From a virus (taxonomy: Duplodnaviria > Caudoviricetes), in IMG/VR virus record IMGVR_UViG_3300010964_000009, positions 1 to 29,062 of that record: a stretch of 29,062 bases of DNA. One strand, 5' to 3'. How positions within the stretch are numbered: position 1 is the first letter of the stretch; each line of letters opens with the position of its first letter. Below are positions 15,876-25,273 of the stretch, in pieces. The position numbers and the translations under genes were made by a program. The notes beneath the pieces are model-generated. The model was not told the DNA's origin. It did not search any database and saw only the letters and a program-made list of their open reading frames with translations.

Positions 15876-16319
15876 ATGGAACGCGAACTTATTGGCCGTA
15901 ATTTATCCGTACAGGATGACAATGGCGACTCTATTCAGACAATTAAAGAAGTGGAGGTTATCCTGAAGCCGGAGACACTGGATATTATCCGTGCGCGGAA
16001 GATGTCTAAGACGAAACAGATCGTCGGGTATGAGATCACCGTAAAGTTGGTTATGTCAAAACTGGAGTCCTCTCTTCGTTACAGGCTCCTAGCTGATTTT
16101 AAGGCGGGTAAGACGATGTTTCTAGACCGGATTACCGGCTCTCTTGAGGACATGCAGACAGGTAATGTAGAACGGGTGATGATCAGCGGTGTGCATATTC
16201 ATGATGAAATGGATCTGCTGGTTGCCAAGATTGATGACAACAATGGCATTGATATCACACTGTCTGGTACCGCGAATGATTTTGATTTTATTGAACAGTT
16301 TCCGGATTATATGGCATGA
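15876..16319 (+). CDS. Tail tube protein (XkdM-like)
   Basis: 147 aa directly after sheath. Confidence 0.85.
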   Translation: MERELIGRNLSVQDDNGDSIQTIKEVEVILKPETLDIIRARKMSKTKQIVGYEITVKLVMSKLESSLRYRLLADFKAGKTMFLDRITGSLEDMQTGNVERVMISGVHIHDEMDLLVAKIDDNNGIDITLSGTANDFDFIEQFPDYMA

Positions 16320-16363
16320 ATTCTTAGAAGCACCCTGTAGTCATATTAGTGCTTCGAATAGGA

Positions 16364-16389
16364 AGGAATTGTAATAAGATTTAGAGAAT
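16364..16389 (+). promoter_or_regulatory. SigH-like promoter for moron 16427
   Basis: AGGA-N18-GAAT with AT-rich bases after AGGA. Confidence 0.4.
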
Positions 16390-16426
16390 ACAATGTATAC
16401 AAATTCGAAGAGAATAGAGGCAGGTT

Positions 16427-16669
16427 ATGCTTAAAAGGTACCTCATGAAATATCCTTTATGGTTCAAAATTATCTGGAGTTGTGTGGTAGTAGCATTTAT
16501 TATTGTATACTTAACCGGCTTTAATCCAGTAGTGTTATTTGGTGGAATGATAGTTTTGTATATAGCTAACGCTTTACGAGCTTGGAAAGGTGAAAGAAAT
16601 TTAGCGATTTCCTCCCTTATATTTGCCGTCGTATTCTCTTATGTTTTTTATAAATTCTTAATACTTTAA
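16427..16669 (+). CDS. Small 3-TM moron membrane protein
   Basis: 80 aa hydrophobic, AT-rich, own promoter-like motif and terminator, between tube and chaperone. Confidence 0.8.
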   Translation: MLKRYLMKYPLWFKIIWSCVVVAFIIVYLTGFNPVVLFGGMIVLYIANALRAWKGERNLAISSLIFAVVFSYVFYKFLIL

Positions 16670-16687
16670 GTATCGAAATACTCAATC

Positions 16688-16717
16688 AGACCGTCGTAAC
16701 TTTGACGGTCTTTTTCT
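16688..16717 (+). terminator. Intrinsic terminator of the moron
   Basis: AGACCGTC/GACGGTCT 8-bp stem plus T run. Confidence 0.8.
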
Positions 16718-16748
16718 ATTAAAAAATATCTTATTGGAGGTAGTATAC

Positions 16749-17159
16749 ATGAGCGATAAATTAGAAAAATATCTATCTAAGGGGAAATCAGGTCGGAACG
16801 ATGAAACCGTCACGGTGCCAGCAGACGGAGAAAATTGGTCAGTACGCCGCCTTACCACTATTGAGGTGCGCCGAGCTTATGAGCTGGCCTATGAAGACAA
16901 CGGGGATCCGAAAGAATCCTATAACGAGATTGATGTCATGATCGTTAAAGCAACTGAGCATGATTTCGATTGGAACAACAAAGATTTGCTGCTGGCTTTC
17001 AACTGCATCAGTAAGTATGAACTACCACCGCGTATCCTAGACAATCCTGCTGACTACGCTGAGCTAAGTAAGGCTGTGAACAAATTTCAAGAGACGAAAG
17101 ATGCGCTACTGAAAGAAGCAAAAAACTCATCAAGCAAGACGGAGAAGCAAGCTGGGTAG
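16749..17159 (+). CDS. Tail assembly chaperone (XkdN/gpG-like)
   Basis: Between tube and tape measure; GGAGG RBS before ATG 16749; slippery site near the 3' end. Confidence 0.85.
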   Translation: MSDKLEKYLSKGKSGRNDETVTVPADGENWSVRRLTTIEVRRAYELAYEDNGDPKESYNEIDVMIVKATEHDFDWNNKDLLLAFNCISKYELPPRILDNPADYAELSKAVNKFQETKDALLKEAKNSSSKTEKQAG

Positions 17160-17299
17160 CATCCTTTTGGATTAACCAGAAGCGGCTGCCAGCTGAAATC
17201 CTACCTTATGAGGTGGATAAACAACGGCAGTATTATTTCTGTCTTGCCGCGGGGATGATTGCTGAGGAAGAAGCCAAACGCCTGGCTAACAAGAAATAG
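17120..17299 (+). CDS. -1 frameshift extension of the tail chaperone (gpGT-like); missing from the ORF track
   Basis: A_AAA_AAC at 17120-17126; -1 frame open as KLIKQDGEASWVASFWINQKRLPAEILP...AKRLANKK to TAG 17297-17299. Confidence 0.85.
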   Translation, partial: KKLIKQDGEASWVASFWINQKRLPAEILPYEVDKQRQYYFCLAAGMIAEEEAKRLANKK

Positions 17300-17320
17300 G
17301 CGAGTTGGGGGTGAACAACT

Positions 17321-20300
17321 ATAGCAGCTACAACAAAGGTGACAGTCCCGTTTGAAGCTCAGGATCTTATTTCCGGTGTTGTCCGGAATATGCGAAATGC
17401 AATTCGAGGAGCGACAGATGACTTAATCGACTTTCGGCGTACTTCAGGACAGATGGGGGACAACCTTGTATCTGATCTTCGGCGATCCCGAAGCGCAGCG
17501 GATGATTTAGGTAGTCGGATCAATGATGCTGCAGACGAAACTCGGAGACTGGGACGAGCGAACATTGATGATATTTTCAGACGAGCTCGCTCCGGTGCAG
17601 ACGATTTGCGCAGAGCAGCATCTCGTGCAGATTCGGAGATTCGCGGAATGAGTGATTCCCGGGTGCACTTAAGAGCACAAGATGAGGTTAGCCCAGTCCT
17701 TGATGGTATATCTTCCAAGATTACAATGATTGCGGCAACTGCAGGAGCTCTAGTGCTAGGTAGTGGAATCAAGGACGCATTATTCGGGAATGTCATGGAT
17801 TACTATTCTGAAGCTTCCCGAAGCGCGGCCTTATTGCCTACAGCTGCACGTGATCAAGGTCTTCAGACCGTGAAAGATCTAAATGTTCAGGGCATTATTC
17901 CTTCACAGACGGAAGGGGCAAGACAATTAGCAGATCTAGCTCCGCTGGTTCGGGATAAATCACAAGCCAGTGACTTTTTGAGTGCTTCGTCAAAGATACA
18001 ATATATCCGACCAGATGCCGGTGCTGAAGAAATTAACCGTGCGCTGGCACAATCTTCGGACACCTTTCGTGAAACGTATGCTTCCGTTGCTGACAGCATG
18101 ATGTATGCCTATAAAGAGGTAGGAGATAGACAGCAAGATCTCTTCGACACCTTCTGGGAGTACAGCGGATATTTCAAAAATACCGGTGCAAACTCCGGCC
18201 AGATGGCCAACTTCTTGACTCAAAGCGTCAAAGAGGGGGCCTTTAATTTCGATAAGCCTGCCGATTTTATCAAAGAAACATTCGGCGTGAAAGCCCTCGA
18301 CGCGGGGGACATGGAGAAGTATTTTACTCTACGCGGAGCTGGTAAGAACGACGCAGTAAAGCAAGCTGCCTCATTTACTGGGGACATTAACTCCGGTGAG
18401 GAGCAACGTGCAAAGGGTGCACTAATGGCCCTAGTTGCTGATTTAGCCAGTCAGTCACAGAGTGAGTTGAAAGCTTCTCTAGTATCCCTTGGATCAGCTA
18501 CATCGGAAGACAACGGAAGTGCTGTACTTAAGACCTTTCAAGTACCTTTTCAACCTGCACCTTCTGGTATTGCGGGAACAACGGAAAGAATGGTTCAAGC
18601 TCAACAGGACGCAAATCCAATGCAGGATATCATTCAAACGCGCGCGCAGATCGATCAGCAAATGCAGGAGCTGGGAGCAAATCTTTCAACAGCAGTTCTT
18701 CCAGCACTCAAAGAATTTAATACTCTGATCACGGAAAACAAAGATGAAATACAAGAGCTAGGAACGAAAGTTGTTGGTTTTGTCAGCAAACTTACCAGCC
18801 TATATAGTGATCATTTCGATTCAATAAATGGTGCTTTAGGAGTTGTTGCTGGAGGGTTAGTAGCAGTGAAAGGAGGGAAACTACTCCAAAAGGGTTATAA
18901 AAGTGTTAAAACGGCAACAGACTGGATTGGTCAGAGAAGAGAACAAACAACAACCCCAATCGATGAAGTAGGCACTCCTTTCCGCCGTAGGTTCACTCTC
19001 AGACGTGGTACCACTGGTGGATCAAGTGGAGGTTTGGGTGGCAGCCTGAGCTCTTTATCATCCATGACTGTAAACGCCAGCGTTGTTTATCTGAATGAAG
19101 CTGGTGGTTTGGGTAGCTCCATTGGTGGGCGTGGTAGTCGCTCAGGAGGTAGGCTATCCCGGCGCGGGCGCACCGGTGCTGCTGGCTCTAACACCCGAAC
19201 AACGACCGGAGGCAAAGGTACAGGTGGCTCGATCAGAGCGCGTCGGGGCACTCGAACTACTAATATTCCTGATATCGATGCAATTCCAGACGTTGCTGCA
19301 AGAAGAGGACGAGTTACCTATCGTAATACCGCACGGCTTCGTGGGACATCAGCAATCCCGGATATCATATCAGATGTTTCAGATGTACCAGCTAGGCGGG
19401 GAGTTTTAAAAGGCTTGGCCAAAGGTGGAACAAAGGCTGTAAAGGCATTGGGGGTTGTAGGTACCGTTGCGGGTATTGGCATGTCCGGGTATAGCTTGTA
19501 TCAGGCGTCCAAGGACGAGGGATTAAAGGCTGGAGCTTCCAATACCGGAGGATCAATAGTCGGAGGCTTGGCAGGAGGCACAATCGGTGGAATAGTCGGA
19601 TCATTAGCTGGTCCATTCGGTACCGCTGCAGGAGCAGCAGCTGGTGGCTGGGTTGGAGAAAAGCTTGGTTCCATGGCTGATAATGCTGGATGGACGAAAA
19701 AGGCAGTAGATGGTATCTATTCGATCGGTGATTGGATTACAGGTAAAGGAAAGAAGAAGGAAGAGCCTGTCGCCACCGCTAAAGTAGTGCCTGAAGCCAA
19801 GGTCACCTTTGGTAACTTGACACCAGAACGAGAAAAACAGTTACAGGAGACTTTCAACGTTTTTCGGGCTAATGTGGCCAAGGATGGGTTAAAGACCGCA
19901 TTGACCAGTGCTGTTAACGAGAGTGGTGTTAAGGAAACAGTTGATAAAATTAAGAATACATTTGTCGGCGCGTGGAAAAGCACAGAATCAGGCAAGGCTC
20001 AGCAAAATGTGCAGGCTGTTGGAGCAGCTGCACAGAAAACAGCTGGACAGACTCAACAGTTGGGTGTAACAACGAAGACCAGCACAGCTGGAATTGTTCA
20101 GGGTGCTAGTGCAGCGGGAGCGAGTATGCTCGGAATCGGGACCGCAGTAAAGACGGCGACGGATGAGACGAAGCAGCAGCTGCTATCGATACAAACAGTT
20201 ACGAGTCAGAGTGAAAGCTGGGGCAGTACCATTATTACGAGGATTTCCAAGGGGATGCAGAGTAAATTCCCTGAACTTAAGTCGACAGCAATCGGTGCTA

Positions 20301-21505
20301 TGGGTATTCTGAACACCCTGACTGGAGCAGGTGCGGCGAAATCTTTTGTTACCTCGAGTCTTACCAATTCCAGTGGTGGTGCCGCTTATGCGAACGGCGA
20401 TATTATTACTCGACCTCATATCGGGTTGGTTGGTGAAGCTGGACCGGAGGCCATTATTCCTCTCTCTGCAGGGCGCCGGCAACGCGGGGTGGAACTGTGG
20501 GAACGTGCGGGAGCAATGTTGGGCGTTCGGGCTTACGCAAACGGAGGGATTGTTGGTGCGCAGCCTTTCCGAACTCAAGCTTACAAGGCTAAAGCCTACA
20601 TTGATGATAACAACGATAATATAGGTTACGGAGCTGGATATGCCGAAGGGATTCACGGATCTCTTGAAATGGTGAAAAGGCAAGGTCTGAAGCGTTACAC
20701 CAAGGCGATGAGTAAAGCCAGCAGCCTCACTGATGCTTATAAGATACGGGCAACCGGTCATGAGTTGCGCAGACAAGCCGCTAAGATGAAAAACTTCGCC
20801 AGGGGAACAAAGCTCATGGGTAAAGTGGTTCGACCGGTTGGATACGCTATGGATGCTTGGGATATCCTCTTTGCTGGAAAAGGCAAACGTGGAAGGCAAA
20901 CTGCTAAAGTAGCCGGTGGAATTGGTGGAGGGATATTAGGTGGTGCTGCAACGGGTGCAATGCTAGGAACCTTCCTCATGCCTGGTGTCGGTACAGCCGT
21001 TGGCGGTGCAATTGGGGGGCTATTAGGAACAATCGGCGGTGAGAAGCTGGCCACAAAAATGTATGATGGCATTTCTGGATTCTTTGGCCGTCGGAAAAAG
21101 CGCAAGAAGAAGTATGCCGATGGTGGCTTGATCAGTTCTCCACACATGGGCCTGGTTGGTGAAGCCGGTCCAGAGATGATCATTCCACTTTCGCGGCAGC
21201 GGAGTAAACGAGGAAGAGCATTGTGGGAACAGGCGGGGAGCTTACTTGGAGTTCGTCCTTACGCAGATGGTGGTGCGGTAGGTATGAGATCGTCCAGTAT
21301 CCCGGTAGCGAAGACATTGGCGCAGGCACCTGCAGCGATCCGCGATATCGTAATTGAGAACATCAACGTCAATTTTGGTGAACTGGCCAAGGGAATTACC
21401 AACTTTACTGAATTCGCCAAGATGCTGACTAGTCCACAGGGACGAGCGTTGTTCCGCAAGGTTTTCGGCGAAGAGTTGTACAATGCACTGGAGAGTGGGG
21501 GATAA
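17321..21505 (+). CDS. Tail tape measure protein
   Basis: About 1390 aa, Ala/Gly-rich, GAFNFDKPADFIKE and two GEAGPE motifs; start is ATA 17321 (RBS-supported) or GTG 17339. Confidence 0.92.
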   Translation: MAATTKVTVPFEAQDLISGVVRNMRNAIRGATDDLIDFRRTSGQMGDNLVSDLRRSRSAADDLGSRINDAADETRRLGRANIDDIFRRARSGADDLRRAASRADSEIRGMSDSRVHLRAQDEVSPVLDGISSKITMIAATAGALVLGSGIKDALFGNVMDYYSEASRSAALLPTAARDQGLQTVKDLNVQGIIPSQTEGARQLADLAPLVRDKSQASDFLSASSKIQYIRPDAGAEEINRALAQSSDTFRETYASVADSMMYAYKEVGDRQQDLFDTFWEYSGYFKNTGANSGQMANFLTQSVKEGAFNFDKPADFIKETFGVKALDAGDMEKYFTLRGAGKNDAVKQAASFTGDINSGEEQRAKGALMALVADLASQSQSELKASLVSLGSATSEDNGSAVLKTFQVPFQPAPSGIAGTTERMVQAQQDANPMQDIIQTRAQIDQQMQELGANLSTAVLPALKEFNTLITENKDEIQELGTKVVGFVSKLTSLYSDHFDSINGALGVVAGGLVAVKGGKLLQKGYKSVKTATDWIGQRREQTTTPIDEVGTPFRRRFTLRRGTTGGSSGGLGGSLSSLSSMTVNASVVYLNEAGGLGSSIGGRGSRSGGRLSRRGRTGAAGSNTRTTTGGKGTGGSIRARRGTRTTNIPDIDAIPDVAARRGRVTYRNTARLRGTSAIPDIISDVSDVPARRGVLKGLAKGGTKAVKALGVVGTVAGIGMSGYSLYQASKDEGLKAGASNTGGSIVGGLAGGTIGGIVGSLAGPFGTAAGAAAGGWVGEKLGSMADNAGWTKKAVDGIYSIGDWITGKGKKKEEPVATAKVVPEAKVTFGNLTPEREKQLQETFNVFRANVAKDGLKTALTSAVNESGVKETVDKIKNTFVGAWKSTESGKAQQNVQAVGAAAQKTAGQTQQLGVTTKTSTAGIVQGASAAGASMLGIGTAVKTATDETKQQLLSIQTVTSQSESWGSTIITRISKGMQSKFPELKSTAIGAMGILNTLTGAGAAKSFVTSSLTNSSGGAAYANGDIITRPHIGLVGEAGPEAIIPLSAGRRQRGVELWERAGAMLGVRAYANGGIVGAQPFRTQAYKAKAYIDDNNDNIGYGAGYAEGIHGSLEMVKRQGLKRYTKAMSKASSLTDAYKIRATGHELRRQAAKMKNFARGTKLMGKVVRPVGYAMDAWDILFAGKGKRGRQTAKVAGGIGGGILGGAATGAMLGTFLMPGVGTAVGGAIGGLLGTIGGEKLATKMYDGISGFFGRRKKRKKKYADGGLISSPHMGLVGEAGPEMIIPLSRQRSKRGRALWEQAGSLLGVRPYADGGAVGMRSSSIPVAKTLAQAPAAIRDIVIENINVNFGELAKGITNFTEFAKMLTSPQGRALFRKVFGEELYNALESGG

Positions 21506-21508
21506 ATC

Positions 21509-22141
21509 ATGCTGACCATGATACGTGATAAGAATCGCTTCACATTTCCAATTACACCCGCAGAGATTCATATCACTAGCAGCAATGAGATAGATTCCTT
21601 TGTAGTGATCACAGGTGAAGAGAAGACAAGTAAGAGACTCACTTCGAAGCTGAAGAGGGTCTCTTTTTCTGTGATCTTCCCGCGAGCCTGGGAAGAACTT
21701 TGGGAAACCGGAAAAGAGACGGTCGCTTACCAGTCTCCTGAACAGGCTTGGAAGCTGATGGAGGAATGGAAGCTCAAGCCGGTTGTTATTAACTTTGAAT
21801 CGCTCTTTTCGCAAACCATGTGGTTTGAGAGTTCCGAGGCGACTTATAAAGATGGCCAGGCGAATCTGCATATCACTTTTAGTTTTGTCGAGTTTAACCC
21901 AGTTAAAATCGTGTCGTACTCCAATACCAAGCAGCTCTTAAAGCCTGGCGTAATTATAACCAAGTCATCCAAAAGTCGACCTAATACAACCGGTAAAACT
22001 GATAGTAAAAATAAAACTAAGAAGAGTGATAAACAGAAGAAAGCCGAAGCAAAAACAGCTGCCGACAATAAAAAGGGAAACTTTGATTATTTGGCTCAAA
22101 AGGAACGAATTCTGGACAAGAACTCTAGTGTTAAAAAATAA
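21509..22141 (+). CDS. Tail tube initiator (XkdP-like), no obvious LysM domain
   Basis: Follows tape measure; FPITPAEI and FSFVEF motifs; Lys-rich C-terminus. Confidence 0.7.
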   Translation: MLTMIRDKNRFTFPITPAEIHITSSNEIDSFVVITGEEKTSKRLTSKLKRVSFSVIFPRAWEELWETGKETVAYQSPEQAWKLMEEWKLKPVVINFESLFSQTMWFESSEATYKDGQANLHITFSFVEFNPVKIVSYSNTKQLLKPGVIITKSSKSRPNTTGKTDSKNKTKKSDKQKKAEAKTAADNKKGNFDYLAQKERILDKNSSVKK

Positions 22142-22155
22142 AAGGTGGGATTAAA

Positions 22156-23136
22156 ATGGACAATTTTGCGATCCTTTACGGAAAGGAGAGTAACCGGCAG
22201 CTGTTAACGGATGCGGCAGTTGAATTGTCCTGGTCTTCAGCACGAGATGAAATCGCACGTAGCGCAACTGTTCGACTCCGCAACGCTGCTGATTTGAAGG
22301 TAGCCGGCATGCTGATGTGCTTTTCGTCGCGGCTAAAAGGCATGGGAGTGCTTCATCACAAAAACCAGTTTTTTCACGGGCCCATCATCAAGTATGAACA
22401 AAATGAGTTCACGGATGAATGGGAGGTTGAAGCTCGGGAGATGAGCTGGTATTTAGCGAAGAACAAAGGCACACGACCATACCTGAAGGGCGAGGCCGGT
22501 GCAGAGCTTCAGCGTTATATCAAGACTACTGGAATTGATTTTCGTTGTCCTTCGTTAGGATTTAACCTAGATGAACGCTATGGCACGATGTTCCATTCAG
22601 AAGTTATCTTGGATGTGTTACAAAAGGCATATGAGCGGAGCGGCTACCGTTATCATGTAGATGTAGTCCGGACGGATTCGAGTTTCTACCTACATGTGGT
22701 TCGGGAAGGGACGAACACACTTGTTCCGGTCTTCATTCCAGAACAGATGGAAGCCAGTACCGCCGGCTATAGCATTGAGGAGACTTATACGGTTGTCACC
22801 GCACAGAAGTATAAGGACGATAAGCTTGCTTCATCAGTTACTAAGACGGCAGCCGGTGCAGTTCAAGCCATGGGTCGAATGGAAGAAATCATCGAAGTGG
22901 AAGAAGATGAGGATCCGGCCACGATTGCTACGCAGCGCCTGAAGGCTTTGTCGCAGGCGAAGCAGATTAAGAAGATTACTGTAAAGCATGAAGACCACAC
23001 ACTGACAGGGCTTCGTGCTGGCTGGATGGTGCTGATAAAAACGGACCATACATCCAAATGGATTGTAGAGTCCGCTGAGAGCAGTTTTAAGAATGGGTTA
23101 TACACTGTGAAGCTTGAGCTGGAAAGAAGGGAGTAA
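22156..23136 (+). CDS. Baseplate hub (XkdQ-like)
   Basis: 326 aa; WYLAKNK, YSIEETYT, LRAGWMV; synteny. Confidence 0.8.
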   Translation: MDNFAILYGKESNRQLLTDAAVELSWSSARDEIARSATVRLRNAADLKVAGMLMCFSSRLKGMGVLHHKNQFFHGPIIKYEQNEFTDEWEVEAREMSWYLAKNKGTRPYLKGEAGAELQRYIKTTGIDFRCPSLGFNLDERYGTMFHSEVILDVLQKAYERSGYRYHVDVVRTDSSFYLHVVREGTNTLVPVFIPEQMEASTAGYSIEETYTVVTAQKYKDDKLASSVTKTAAGAVQAMGRMEEIIEVEEDEDPATIATQRLKALSQAKQIKKITVKHEDHTLTGLRAGWMVLIKTDHTSKWIVESAESSFKNGLYTVKLELERRE

Positions 23137-23138
23137 CG

Positions 23139-23480
23139 TTGCTAAATGATGCTTTGAATTTGTTGAAGGAAAAGACGAAAGGTCATATTGACGCTCGAGA
23201 TACCGAACGTGCGACATTATTGAGTTGGCCAAGTAAACCGGAAATACAGGTAGAAGGTGACCCGGAACCTTATCCTGCAGATAAACTGGTCTTTGCAGCA
23301 TATCTGCAGGAACGCCGTATCGATGCAGTCTTTGAGGTTGAGCAATTTGAGGTTTCAAAGTTAACCGGTGTCCTAACGATTCCCAGCCCCCTGAAGGTTG
23401 GAGATCAGCTTATTGTTTCTCGCATGACAAGCCAGCGGTATTATGTGCTCGGAAAGGATGTGAGCAGCAGTGGCGGATAG
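23139..23480 (+). CDS. XkdR/DUF2577-like baseplate protein
   Basis: LKVGDQLIV...QRYYVLGK motif; synteny. Confidence 0.75.
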   Translation: MLNDALNLLKEKTKGHIDARDTERATLLSWPSKPEIQVEGDPEPYPADKLVFAAYLQERRIDAVFEVEQFEVSKLTGVLTIPSPLKVGDQLIVSRMTSQRYYVLGKDVSSSGG

Positions 23481-23907
23481 TTTATTTCCTGAATTGGACA
23501 TATCGGACATCGGAGAAGTCGAGCTGACAGAATCGGTTGTCTCGGCCAACAAATGGACCTATGTTATCGATTATCGTAACCGGCGCGCCGTTCTTACTGA
23601 AGATGGCCACCCAAAGAAGACTGGTTCTTATGCTGAGTACTTGGTTCAGACAGCGCTCAAAATCCTTAATACAGAACGCTTTCGTTATGTCTTGTATGGG
23701 GAAGAAGTTGGCGTGGAGAGATCGGAGTGGTCTACTTGGGAAGATGTAGAGATCAAACGAGATATGGAGGAAGCTTTGACTGCTCATACCGAGATTGTGC
23801 GTGCTGAGGTGCGATCGATGGTGCGAGAAGGACAGGATATGCATCTTAGAATATTGATAACTGGCTTAGCGGGTCAAGTGGAACTGGAGGAGGCGATTAG
23901 TGTATGA
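23470..23907 (+). CDS. XkdS/DUF2634-like sheath initiator (gp25-like)
   Basis: KILNTERFRYVLY...GVE...EIKRDMEEAL motif. Confidence 0.8.
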   Translation: MADSLFPELDISDIGEVELTESVVSANKWTYVIDYRNRRAVLTEDGHPKKTGSYAEYLVQTALKILNTERFRYVLYGEEVGVERSEWSTWEDVEIKRDMEEALTAHTEIVRAEVRSMVREGQDMHLRILITGLAGQVELEEAISV

Positions 23908-24734
23908 CCATTAAACTGAGTGATTTACCGTCACTCCCCTACATGCCTATCCTAGAAGAAGAGCCAGAGGAAATCTATCAACGTTGGGTGAACCGTGCCA
24001 TTGCCCTGGCGCTTGAACGAGGGTTACCACCGCCGCCAACAGGAGAAGGGGAGTACTTTTATGATTTGTGGTACCCTCTTGCGTTAGAGCTTGCCGAACA
24101 GCAAATGCTATGGACTTATGGATTCCTTCAGGGCTTTCCCATCTGGGCGGACTCTGAGTATCTCGATGGTCACGGATGGGCTGCAGGTCTTACGCGCAAG
24201 GAAGGTGAGAGTGATGATACATTTCGCTTGCGTATGCTTGAACGTGCTGCTACCGAAATTGGGAGCGGACGTCGCAAAGATTATGAAACCTGGGCCACTG
24301 AGATGGCAGGTGTGGGTGGAGCCATTGCCCGTGAAAAAGAACGGCATGACAATTCCGTTGATCTTTACTTGACCGACCTGGACGGACAGCCAATTACTGA
24401 GGAATTTGCTGAGACGGTCAAAGCATGGATGTGGGAGGAGCGGCGGATCGCTGGGCATGACTTATTGGTACATCCGGCTCCGGTCTTTAATGTACGTTTA
24501 GAGACACGTTTGCTAACGTCTAGCGGTACAGATCTTACTGTGCTGGCAGCAACCATTCAGCAACGTGTATTGGATTACGCAAGCGGACGGTCCAAACTAA
24601 TATACAATTATGTGGCTGCCTTACTACTGCTACCTGGCGTAGAGGATTACGAGAATCTAACCCTTAATGGTGATGTAGAGGATATTGTTCTTCCGTTGTC
24701 ATCTGTTTTGAGAGTGGAAGTGGTTTTGTTATGA
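23904..24734 (+). CDS. Baseplate J-like wedge protein (XkdT-like)
   Basis: EGEYFYD, EYLD, GESDDTFRLR, SGRRKDYETWA, GVEDYENLTLNG motifs. Confidence 0.88.
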   Translation: MTIKLSDLPSLPYMPILEEEPEEIYQRWVNRAIALALERGLPPPPTGEGEYFYDLWYPLALELAEQQMLWTYGFLQGFPIWADSEYLDGHGWAAGLTRKEGESDDTFRLRMLERAATEIGSGRRKDYETWATEMAGVGGAIAREKERHDNSVDLYLTDLDGQPITEEFAETVKAWMWEERRIAGHDLLVHPAPVFNVRLETRLLTSSGTDLTVLAATIQQRVLDYASGRSKLIYNYVAALLLLPGVEDYENLTLNGDVEDIVLPLSSVLRVEVVLL

Positions 24735-25228
24735 TCCCGCTTAGATATCGGGAAATGCTGCCGCCGTATTGGTATGAGATCGATATGGCAGACCGGCATT
24801 TTTCAGTTTTTGAGAAAGAAATGGATGATCGCCTGCAGACGATAGACGATCTGAGTAATCAGTTTATCCTCAGGAGATCAACCTGGGCGTTGTGGATCTG
24901 GGAATGGATGTACTTCCGGAAGACTCAAGAGGGAAGTGATGATGAGCGTAGAGAGGCGATACGCCGAAAGCGCTGGGGCGATCGTCCTTTTAAGCTTCCT
25001 CTGCTGCGAGAACTGGGGAATCAGCATGGTAAGTTGATAAGTGTTTCAGAGGATTTTTTAGCAAAAGAGATCCATTTTGAATTTTCCTTAGTTCAACCGT
25101 TTAACATGGCAGGTCTACAGGCTGATTTTGAATACGTGCGTCCGGTTCATATTCGTCGAGCAGTATTGAGTTCAGCAGTTCCGACGCAGGTCATTAATAT
25201 AAAAGTACTGGGTACTCGCATGGAGTAG
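24731..25228 (+). CDS. Baseplate wedge protein (XkdU/YmfQ-like); C-terminus possibly frameshifted (alternative end 25272)
   Basis: LPPYWYE, QFILRRSTWALWIWE, RPVHI motifs. Confidence 0.8.
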   Translation: MIPLRYREMLPPYWYEIDMADRHFSVFEKEMDDRLQTIDDLSNQFILRRSTWALWIWEWMYFRKTQEGSDDERREAIRRKRWGDRPFKLPLLRELGNQHGKLISVSEDFLAKEIHFEFSLVQPFNMAGLQADFEYVRPVHIRRAVLSSAVPTQVINIKVLGTRME

Positions 25229-25273
25229 ACTTCCCAATTTGTGGGTTTGAAGTGCCGTTTGGGGGAGGGTAGA

